A stretch of 64,000 nt of DNA, from the NCBI GenBank assembly GCA_035503555.1, contig DATJTG010000266.1, positions 1,280 through 65,279 on the forward strand. Reading direction: 5' to 3'. The translations under genes were made by a program, and so were the position numbers. The notes beneath the pieces were generated by a model. The model saw nothing but the letters and a program-made list of their open reading frames with translations, searched no databases and had not been told where the DNA came from. The stretch is from Acidobacteriaceae bacterium (GTDB lineage: Bacteria; Acidobacteriota; Terriglobia; Terriglobales; Acidobacteriaceae). Positions 9,475-17,106 of the stretch are shown in pieces (the stretch's first letter is position 1; the number at the start of each line of letters is the position of its first letter).

Positions 9475-10020
9475 ATGATTCGTTCGTACCAGGGAAAAAC
9501 GCCAGTGATTCCGGCCTCGTGCTACGTCGACCTCTCGGCGCAGGTGATCGGCGACGTGGAGCTGGGCGAGCACGCGAGCGTTTGGATGAACGCCGTCGTC
9601 CGCGGCGATGTTCACTCGATCCGGGTCGGTGCGCACTCCAACGTGCAGGACTGCGCTGTGCTCCACGGCATGCGCTATAAGTACCCGGTGATCGTCGGCG
9701 AGTACGTCACCATCGGTCATAACGCAACCGTGCACGGATGCGTGATTGAGGACGCCTGCCTCATTGGCATCGGCGCGACGATCCTGAACAACGCGCGCAT
9801 TGGCGAGGGATCGATCATCGCGGCCGGCGCCGTGATCCCGGAGAACATGGTCGTCCCGCCGCGGTCGCTCGTCGCCGGCGTGCCCGGCAAGGTCCGGCGC
9901 AATCTCACCTCTGACGATCGCGAGGAGATCCTCATGTACGCGAGGAACTACCTCGACTATGTGAAACTCTACCTCGCCGAGACGCGCGAGGCAGAGCTCG
10001 AGACGAGCCACCACTCCTAA
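9475..10020 (+). CDS. Gamma-carbonic-anhydrase-like / hexapeptide-repeat (LbH) protein (YrdA/PaaY family)
   Basis: 181 aa. Left-handed beta-helix repeats and the His-containing motifs SVWMNAVVRGD and VLHG are typical of gamma-CA-like proteins. Confidence 0.85.
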   Translation: MIRSYQGKTPVIPASCYVDLSAQVIGDVELGEHASVWMNAVVRGDVHSIRVGAHSNVQDCAVLHGMRYKYPVIVGEYVTIGHNATVHGCVIEDACLIGIGATILNNARIGEGSIIAAGAVIPENMVVPPRSLVAGVPGKVRRNLTSDDREEILMYARNYLDYVKLYLAETREAELETSHHS

Positions 10021-10094
10021 GCAGCCGATCGCGCGGCGTCGCTTTACCCGAAGTCCAGGATGGCCGAAAATAGAAGTGAGGTCAACGGAGGATT

Positions 10095-10277
10095 ATGCCC
10101 CTGTCCGGCGAAGCCATTCGCATGATGAACCTGGTGGACGACGTAGCCACCACGATGCGCCGCATTCTGGCCCTGGTCCCGACGCTCGCTCCCGAAGAGC
10201 GCGCGCGGGTGAGCGATTACCTGAAGAAGTCCGAGCCTGGCGCCGGTGCGGTGCTGCAGGCACTCGAAGGCAAGTAG
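10095..10277 (+). CDS. Small hypothetical protein (60 aa)
   Basis: GGAGGA lies 5-10 nt upstream of the ATG. GC3 is high throughout. No family recognised. Confidence 0.55.
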   Translation: MPLSGEAIRMMNLVDDVATTMRRILALVPTLAPEERARVSDYLKKSEPGAGAVLQALEGK

Positions 10278-10338
10278 CCCAGCAGCAAACTGTCGCGCAC
10301 GATCCAACCCCTCGCGCGCGTTGCGCTCAGTTTCGTAC

Positions 10339-12798
10339 TCAGGCAGAGCGCAGCTGTTCGGCCGGATCCGCAGCGGCAGCGCGCAGCGCAGGCAACGCCG
10401 AGGCGAGCATTGCCAGAAGCAGCATCAGGACCGCGCTCACCGCGTACACAAAGGGATTCGTCGCACTCACTCCGAAGAGAAACACGCTGACGAGGCGGGC
10501 AACGGCCAGCGATCCCAGAATGCCGAGCGCGCACCCGATCGCGGCAATCTTAGCGCCGTAGCCGAGCACCAGCCGCGCGATGTTGCCGCGCTGCGCGCCC
10601 AGCGCCATGCGAATTGCGATTTCCTGCGTGCGCTGCGAAACGCTGAATGCAATCACGGCATAAATACCCATTGCAGCAAGAAGCAAAGCGCCGAGCGCGA
10701 AGGCCGAGAGCAAGCCGGTGTTGAAGCGGCGCGGCGCTTCCACTGCCGCGATGGCGTCGGACATCGGCTGAACAGGATCGAGAGCCAGTCGCGGGTCGAT
10801 CCCGCCGACGACCGAGCGCAGAATGTGACTCATCTGCTCCGGCAACAGCGTGGACCGCAGCGCGATCCAGCCGGTGGAGAGATTCACGATTCCGGCAGCG
10901 CCCGCACCTTCGATGATGGCGGGCTGCTCCAGCGGAAAGTACCACTGCTCGCCGGCGGGCTGATCGGGCGCGTCGATGCGGACATCGGGCACGACGCCGA
11001 CGACCGTTGCCCATGGCAAATTGTGTTTTGGGTTGCCGATGTGCAGGCGCTTCCCGATGGGGTTCTGCCCCGGCCATTCCTGCTTCGCCATCGACTCGTC
11101 GACGATGCATACAAGCGGCGCGTCGGAGCGATCCCGGATGGTGAAGTCGCGGCCCTCAACAAGCGGAATGCCGAGCGCCTGGAAGTAGTCGCCATACGTC
11201 TCGATGAAGGGGGCAAAGCGCAGCTTCCAGCCGGCGACTGGTGCGCCTTCGATGGTGAAGCCGCCGCGTCCGCCGCCGCCCGTGTCGGGCAGCGTGTTTG
11301 CGAGGCCGACGGCAACGGTGGCGGGCTGAGCCGCAAGGCGATTCACCACCTCGCGGTTAAACGCAGCGATCGACGATTCCGTCGCATACTGCTGCGCCGG
11401 TAACTGGTAGCCGGCGATCAGGAGGTGGTTTGGGCGGAATCCAGGATCGACAGCGAGCATCTGCTGATAGCTGCGCAGGAATCCGAGAGACACCGTCAGG
11501 AGCAGCGTGGCGATGGCGATCTCCGTAATCACCAGACACGCGCGGAGCCAGCTCTGACGCATGCTGCCGCCGCCGGATCGCACATCCTCCTTCAGGCCCT
11601 CCAGCAGATTGGTGTGGAGCGCCGCCCAGGCCGGCGCCAGGCTGCAAAGAACTCCCGTGGCAACCGCGAGGAGCAGCGCGAAGATCGCCACGCCGGCGTT
11701 GATCGAAATGGAATCGACGCGCGGCATCGACTCGGGCAGCAGCGGAACGGCAACGCGCAGAGCCATCGCGGCAAGAATCAGGCCGAGCAGGCCTCCGGCC
11801 AGGCTCAGCAGCAGTCCTTCGAGGACGCATTCGCGCAGCATGACTCCGGCGCGCGCTCCCAGCGCAAGTCGAACGGCATGCTCCCGGCGTCGGCGCAGAG
11901 CGCGGACCAGCAGCAGGATTGCGACATTGGCGCAGGCGATGAGCAGCACCACATCGACAGCGAGAAAGAGCGTGCGCAGCAAAGGCCGCACATCGGCGAC
12001 TACCGACTCGCGCAGCGGCACGACATCGCCGCGGATGTGAATCGCAGCCAGCTCCGGGGGAAAGTCGCGCATCACCTGCTGCGCAACCCGATTGGCGTCC
12101 TGCGCGGCCTGTTGCAGGGTTACTCCGTCGCGGAGGTGCCCGACGAGATGGGTTCCCCAGGCGCCGGCAGCGGCGGGCGCAAGCTCATCCGCCGTGAAGC
12201 TCATTGGCACCCAGAGCTGCGCCTGGCCGACGCGACCGGGCAGCAGCGGAAACTCGAAGCTGCGTGGCATGACGCCGACAATTGTGTAGTTCCTGCGATC
12301 GAGCGTGATGGTGGTTCCCGCAATGTTTGGGTCGCGATGATAGCGGTTGAGCCACAACGCGTAGCTGATCACCGCAACGGGAGCGTGGGAATCGTCTTCC
12401 TGCTGGGTGAAGACGCGGCCGAGGATCGGCGCGACGTCCAGCGTAGGGAAGACACCGGCGGTCAGGCGCGCGCCATTGACGGATTCAGAAGCCGATCCGC
12501 CGGAAAGTTCCCACGACGTCGTGACGAAGGCTCCCATCGACGAAAAGGCATGTGCCGCATGAACGTAAGTGGCCACTTCCGGCGCGGCGACGCCGAGTTG
12601 CAGCCCATCGCCGAGCCTGTCGCCCAAAAGGACGAGCCGCTCCGGATCGTGAAAAGCCAGCGGGCGCAGGAGCACGCCTTCGACGAGCGAGAAGATGGCG
12701 GTGGTGGCACCGATGCCCAGCGCGAGAGTGAGAACAATCGTGAGCGAAAAGCCGGGCGCTTTCCGGAGTTGGCGAAGGGCAAGCCGAAGGTCGCGCAT
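10339..12798 (-). CDS. ADOP-type (acidobacterial duplicated orphan permease) MacB/FtsX-family ABC permease
   Basis: 819 aa. N-terminus MRDLRLALRQLRKAPGFSLTIVLTLALGIGATTAIFSLVEGVLLRPL. Duplicated MacB_PCD plus FtsX 4-TM architecture. No ATPase gene is adjacent. Confidence 0.9.
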   Translation of the reverse strand: MRDLRLALRQLRKAPGFSLTIVLTLALGIGATTAIFSLVEGVLLRPLAFHDPERLVLLGDRLGDGLQLGVAAPEVATYVHAAHAFSSMGAFVTTSWELSGGSASESVNGARLTAGVFPTLDVAPILGRVFTQQEDDSHAPVAVISYALWLNRYHRDPNIAGTTITLDRRNYTIVGVMPRSFEFPLLPGRVGQAQLWVPMSFTADELAPAAAGAWGTHLVGHLRDGVTLQQAAQDANRVAQQVMRDFPPELAAIHIRGDVVPLRESVVADVRPLLRTLFLAVDVVLLIACANVAILLLVRALRRRREHAVRLALGARAGVMLRECVLEGLLLSLAGGLLGLILAAMALRVAVPLLPESMPRVDSISINAGVAIFALLLAVATGVLCSLAPAWAALHTNLLEGLKEDVRSGGGSMRQSWLRACLVITEIAIATLLLTVSLGFLRSYQQMLAVDPGFRPNHLLIAGYQLPAQQYATESSIAAFNREVVNRLAAQPATVAVGLANTLPDTGGGGRGGFTIEGAPVAGWKLRFAPFIETYGDYFQALGIPLVEGRDFTIRDRSDAPLVCIVDESMAKQEWPGQNPIGKRLHIGNPKHNLPWATVVGVVPDVRIDAPDQPAGEQWYFPLEQPAIIEGAGAAGIVNLSTGWIALRSTLLPEQMSHILRSVVGGIDPRLALDPVQPMSDAIAAVEAPRRFNTGLLSAFALGALLLAAMGIYAVIAFSVSQRTQEIAIRMALGAQRGNIARLVLGYGAKIAAIGCALGILGSLAVARLVSVFLFGVSATNPFVYAVSAVLMLLLAMLASALPALRAAAADPAEQLRSA

Positions 12799-12820
12799 AC
12801 GAGGGAGAATACCGCCAGCG

Positions 12821-12846
12821 GAGGACTCCGCGCAGCGGATCCTCCT
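12821..12846 (-). terminator. Hairpin between dnaN and the downstream permease (possible attenuating terminator)
   Basis: GGAGGA(C)TCCGC-GCA-GCGGATCCTCC imperfect stem. It lacks a clear U-tract, so the call is weak. Confidence 0.3.
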
Positions 12847-12857
12847 TCACCCTGCGC

Positions 12858-13979
12858 TCAGATGCGCATGGGCATGATGATGTAGCGGTACTTGAAGTCG
12901 TCGGAGCCGTCTTCAGGACGCATCTGACCGGCCGACTGCGCGTCCTTGAATTCGAGGCGGACTTCGCCTTCGTTGCCCACCGCCTTCAGGAAATCGATCA
13001 GGTAGGCGGAGTTGAAGCCCACCACAATCGGATCGAAGTTGTAAGGCGTCTCGATCGTGTCTTCCGACTCGCCTGCCTCCGTTGACGACGACGAGATCTT
13101 CACCTCGTTCTGCTCGAGGCGCATTTTGATCGCGCCGGAGCGCTCGTCGGCGAACTGCGCCACGCGCTGGATGGATGCCGAAAGATCGGGGCTGCGTACG
13201 ATCACGAACTTCGTGTTGTCGCGCGGCATGACGGCTTCGTAGTTCGGGAACTGGCCGCTCAGCTTGCGGCTGGTGAGCACGCGATGGCCGATGCGGAAGA
13301 AGAGCGTCGAATCGTCGTCGGCAAACTCAACATGCTCGGCCTCGGTGTTCGAGAGCAACGACTGCAGCTCCTGCAGAGCCTTGCGCGGGATGAGGGTCTT
13401 CTTCTCGCCGGTGATGCCGGAGAAGTTCTCGCCGCTCTTTTCGATGTGCGCAAGGCGATGGCCATCGGTGGCCACCATGGCGATCGACTCCGCCTTGAGG
13501 ATCAGCAGAGCCCCGTTCAGCGTGTAGCGCGATTCCTCATTGGAGATGGCGAAAATCGTGCGGGCGATGAGCGTGCGGAGGGAGCCAACCGGGATCTTCG
13601 TGACGCTGCCCTCAGGGAACTCAGGCACCTGCGGGAAGTTGGCGCGGGCCATGCCGACCATCTTCGTATTCGAGCGTCCGGAGCGGATCTGGACCCAGTG
13701 ATTCTCGAGCAGTTTGATCGAAATTTCGCCGTCCCCCAGCAGCTTGATGTAGTCGTACAGCTTGCGCGCAGGGATGGTGCACGAGCCGGCCTTCTTGACT
13801 TTGGCCGCGCAGGAAGTGCGCATGCTCTGGTCAAGATCGGTTGCCGTGATGACGATGCGATCGTTATCGGCTTCCACGAGGAAATTGGAGAGGATGGGAA
13901 TCGTCGTTTTCCGCTCGACGACGCTCTGCGTGGCGGTCAGCTCGCGCAGCAGGTCCTGACGGCTGACTGAAATCTCCAT
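12858..13979 (-). CDS. dnaN: DNA polymerase III beta sliding clamp
   Basis: Trimmed to the ATG at 13979: MEISVSRQDLLRELTATQSVVERKTTIPILSNFLVEA... 373 aa with the three-domain clamp length and the typical C-terminal YIIMPMRI. Confidence 0.95.
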   Translation of the reverse strand: MEISVSRQDLLRELTATQSVVERKTTIPILSNFLVEADNDRIVITATDLDQSMRTSCAAKVKKAGSCTIPARKLYDYIKLLGDGEISIKLLENHWVQIRSGRSNTKMVGMARANFPQVPEFPEGSVTKIPVGSLRTLIARTIFAISNEESRYTLNGALLILKAESIAMVATDGHRLAHIEKSGENFSGITGEKKTLIPRKALQELQSLLSNTEAEHVEFADDDSTLFFRIGHRVLTSRKLSGQFPNYEAVMPRDNTKFVIVRSPDLSASIQRVAQFADERSGAIKMRLEQNEVKISSSSTEAGESEDTIETPYNFDPIVVGFNSAYLIDFLKAVGNEGEVRLEFKDAQSAGQMRPEDGSDDFKYRYIIMPMRI

Positions 13980-14540
13980 AGTCGCTCCCTGGACGGCTTT
14001 CTCCTGTTCCACACCAGCCGGCATCTTGGCTCTCCCGATGATCGCCCCGGCGGGCAGATACGCCAGGGACCAATCTGATTGGACTCAATGTACACCATGC
14101 GGCGCAACATCCCGCAAGCAATCCAATTCTAGTGAGAAACCATGGGAAAAGGCTCTCTGGAAAACGTGTCCGCAGTGTGCGAACCCGGTTACGAGTGGAT
14201 GGAGGGGAGAGCGACGGCGAATACAAAATTTCTTAGGTTCTTATTCCCCGTAGTCGTAGTCGTTCGGTTCGGAAAAGTGGAAAGGTGAGGTGAAACCGCG
14301 ACCGCATAGGCTTCCGGATGGGGCTGGGTTTTAGAAAACGTGGACCGCTCGGGAAGCAAAAGGAGGAAAGCAGAGAAACAAATCGAAAATGCGGTACGGG
14401 ATCTCCACGAAAGCCACAGGGCGCGGCGGAAGCCGTGTGGAAAGGAATTGCTGTGAGTGGAAAGCGCGGCTTTGTACAGGCAGGATGCAGGTGCCGCGAG
14501 AACCGGTCATCCACAGATCCAGGGTTATCCAAAACTCCCA
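13980..14540. promoter_or_regulatory. Candidate oriC / DnaA-box cluster plus dnaN promoter region
   Basis: 561-bp non-coding region. TCATCCACA (14507-14515) and TTATCCAAA (14525-14533) each match 8/9 of the TTATCCACA consensus. TGTTCCACA lies at 14005-14013. Three same-orientation (A/T)GTGGAAAG copies lie at 14276, 14436 and 14456. An AT-rich tract lies at 14219-14247. Confidence 0.4.
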
Positions 14541-14572
14541 CAGAAGAGAAAGGCCCTGCGGAAAGCAGGGCC
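14541..14572 (-). terminator. Rho-independent terminator of the DUF4097-like gene
   Basis: Minus strand: GGCCCTGC-tttcc-GCAGGGCC followed by TTTCTCTTCTG, about 30 nt after the stop at 14603. Confidence 0.75.
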
Positions 14573-14602
14573 GCTGTTCAATCCAGGATGCGTGCGGGGT
14601 CG

Positions 14603-15484
14603 TTAGTCTCCCGAGTCAGAATCGGAATCAGAGCTGTCGTGGGAGATGGTGATACCGCCGTTGGTGGTCTGGGTATGGATGGTGGCACCGCCGCCGCCGA
14701 TGTTGGTGTCGAGGTGATTCTTGATCTCACCCTGGACGGTCACGGGGAAGTCGACGCGGATGCCGCCGTTGGTGGTGCCCGCTTCGAGGTGCGCCGAGTA
14801 GTGATCGGGCACGTGCAGGTCGACTCCGCCGTTGGTGGTGTCAGCCTGCAGGCCCTGGCCCTGCCAGCGATCACCGGAGAGCGCGATGTTCAGACCGCCA
14901 TTCGTGGTGCGGCCCTCCACGTCGCCAGACAGCGCCTTCAGGCCCACTCCGCCATTCGTGGTCGAAAAGCGGATGGTGCCGTCGAGGCTGGCCAGCTCAA
15001 TTCCGCCGTTCATGGAATGGAACTCGGCCGTAAGATGACGCGGCACGTGCAGGTGGTAATCGACGCTGTAACCTCTGCGGCCGAAGAAGTTCTCGTGCGG
15101 GCCATGGTCGTGGATATCGCCGCCGGCCGTGTCGATCACGACCTCGTTCAGAAGGTTCGTGGCATCCGACTCCGACGAACCCCATGCCGTCACTTTGGCC
15201 TCCAGCGCGACGTCGGAGCGGTCTTCGCCGACGACATTGATGCCACCGTTGGTCGTATCGACGCTGAGATGGCCGGAAGCGAGCGTAAACGTGGTGCGGC
15301 GCATCTGGCAGACGTGGGGATTCCCCCAATGGCTGTTGTGATCATCGCAATCGCCGGTTTGCCAGTTGCCCGGGATCTGGGCTGCGGCGGCGACGCTGCG
15401 ATCGCGAAGGCGAGAGTGGGGAAGCAGCGCTCCGAGCACAACGATTGCGCAGAACGCCAGGACAAACAATACGAAGCGGCGCAT
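14603..15484 (-). CDS. DUF4097-like putative adhesin/beta-helix protein with TTNGG repeats
   Basis: Start chosen at MRRFVLFVLAFCAIVVLGALL (15484; 15523 is an alternative). Seven spaced repeats of (T/S)(T/M)NGG(I/V/L). Acidic SDSDSDSGD tail. Confidence 0.8.
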   Translation of the reverse strand: MRRFVLFVLAFCAIVVLGALLPHSRLRDRSVAAAAQIPGNWQTGDCDDHNSHWGNPHVCQMRRTTFTLASGHLSVDTTNGGINVVGEDRSDVALEAKVTAWGSSESDATNLLNEVVIDTAGGDIHDHGPHENFFGRRGYSVDYHLHVPRHLTAEFHSMNGGIELASLDGTIRFSTTNGGVGLKALSGDVEGRTTNGGLNIALSGDRWQGQGLQADTTNGGVDLHVPDHYSAHLEAGTTNGGIRVDFPVTVQGEIKNHLDTNIGGGGATIHTQTTNGGITISHDSSDSDSDSGD

Positions 15485-15754
15485 GGCACGGACCTCGGGA
15501 GAGGGATACGCGTTGGGTTGCATGGTAGTTCCCTGACAGAATTCTGGGCCTATCGAGGCAAAAGCACGCAACGGGCCGAACCGTTTACACGATAAGAGGC
15601 GCAGGATGTGTCGGTTACCGAACACTGGTGAGAACCCAGTTGTCCGAAGCAGAGAAGCTGTGTTCAGGAATGGACAGATTCTGGTGAATGAAGACGGGGA
15701 GTTCGGCCGATCGTTGCGGACTAAGGGTCGCCGGCAACCAGATTCAGGAAGATT

Positions 15755-16858
15755 TCAGCGCTTACGTTCCCAGAACTCTTCGTGCCGGTCATCACTGAAT
15801 CGAATACCGGTGATGTGACCTTCGGAATCGTGCTCGAAGGTCAGCCGCCGCGTTCCCCCGGCGGGATAGAAGAAAGTGGTCGCGTTCTCCGGCAGCAACT
15901 CGAAGGTTTCGCCGATCTGGTTCTTCTGCATGAGCTTATTGCCGTCGCGGAAGATCGTGGCAACGATCTCATTTTGGTCCTCGTATTCACCGAAGTAAGC
16001 GCTATAGAGCGCGGGATCAACGATCGCGGGAACAGGATGGATGGGAACAAGGACCTCTTCCGCCGCCGGCGAGAGCCTGGGGATGGTGCTGAGGCGCTGG
16101 GCGAGGAGCCAGCGGGGGAGCTGGGGCTCGCCGTAAGCGCGGTCCCAGACGTTGTGCTTAACGCCCGCGTACTCCCAAAAGCGGACTTCGCCGCCGCTCG
16201 CCTTAAGCGCCTGAAACATAAGCTGCGATTGGCGCGGTATCACCACCGGATCATCGGCGCCATGGAAGATCCAGGTGGGCGTGCGGCCGATGACATGCGC
16301 GTATTCGGCGGGGAGGGATGCAGCCTCGCGCCAGCGGTCAGGCTGGTACGACCAGAACACGCCGCCGCAGACGGGAACGATGGCAGCGAAATGATGCGGG
16401 TAGGTCTTCGCGATTTCCCACGCGCCGTAGCCGCCGAGCGACAGGCCGGTGAGGTAGATGCGGTCGGGGTCGCCGTGGAACTCCTTCACCTCGTCGTGAA
16501 GAGCTGCCATGGCCATCGTCATCATGTCGGGATCGGTCCAGTGGTGATGGCTGAAGGGCACCTGCGGCATAACGACAACGAAGGGCCAGCGTTCTGGGTG
16601 GAGGCGTATGGCCTGAGGCAGGCCGATCTGAGTCTGATCCATGCCCTCAGATCCGCGCTCGCCCGATCCGTGGAGAAATAGGATCACGGGCCAGGTTTGG
16701 TTCGGGCTCCAGTTCTCAGGCAGGTAGACGACGTAGCGGTGGAGGGTGCCGTTGACCTCAATCGTGCGATTGAGAAAGCCGGTGTCCTGGCGACGCGGCG
16801 CGGCGTAGGCGGGGAGCAGCGTGAGAAAGCAGAGAGCCAGGATCACGCGTGGGTTCAT
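15755..16858 (-). CDS. Secreted alpha/beta-hydrolase esterase (phospholipase/carboxylesterase or PHB-depolymerase-like) with a C-terminal DUF3471-like domain
   Basis: Trimmed to MNPRVILALCFLTLLPAYAAP (signal peptide). LFLHGSGERG, nucleophile elbow GLSLGG, and HGADDPVV and KHNVW (Asp/His candidates). Confidence 0.85.
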   Translation of the reverse strand: MNPRVILALCFLTLLPAYAAPRRQDTGFLNRTIEVNGTLHRYVVYLPENWSPNQTWPVILFLHGSGERGSEGMDQTQIGLPQAIRLHPERWPFVVVMPQVPFSHHHWTDPDMMTMAMAALHDEVKEFHGDPDRIYLTGLSLGGYGAWEIAKTYPHHFAAIVPVCGGVFWSYQPDRWREAASLPAEYAHVIGRTPTWIFHGADDPVVIPRQSQLMFQALKASGGEVRFWEYAGVKHNVWDRAYGEPQLPRWLLAQRLSTIPRLSPAAEEVLVPIHPVPAIVDPALYSAYFGEYEDQNEIVATIFRDGNKLMQKNQIGETFELLPENATTFFYPAGGTRRLTFEHDSEGHITGIRFSDDRHEEFWERKR

Positions 16859-17106
16859 GGGTAAAAACAGGGTATAGCGGGTTGGCGGTGAGCGAGCAGG
16901 AGAATACGCGACGCGGCCATGTTGGTGTCCGGGAATGGACGACTGCGCTGGAAAGCGGACAATACGGTGCGTTCCTTCAGCGTTCGAGCAAGCTGCAACT
17001 ATCGATGCTTGCGAGAGTTGGCTCAGAGTTGCGGATGGCGCAAACCTTGCAGCTACGCTGGATGGCGAGGTCTGTTCAACAGTTCCTGACCGCGGAGGGA
17101 TGGGAC

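Noticed and set aside
16849-17106. N-terminal 86-aa extension of the second ADOP permease ORF (start at 16849)
   Set aside because: The extension overlaps the esterase gene start on the other strand and has no permease-like sequence. The conserved ADOP N-terminus begins at the ATG at 17107.
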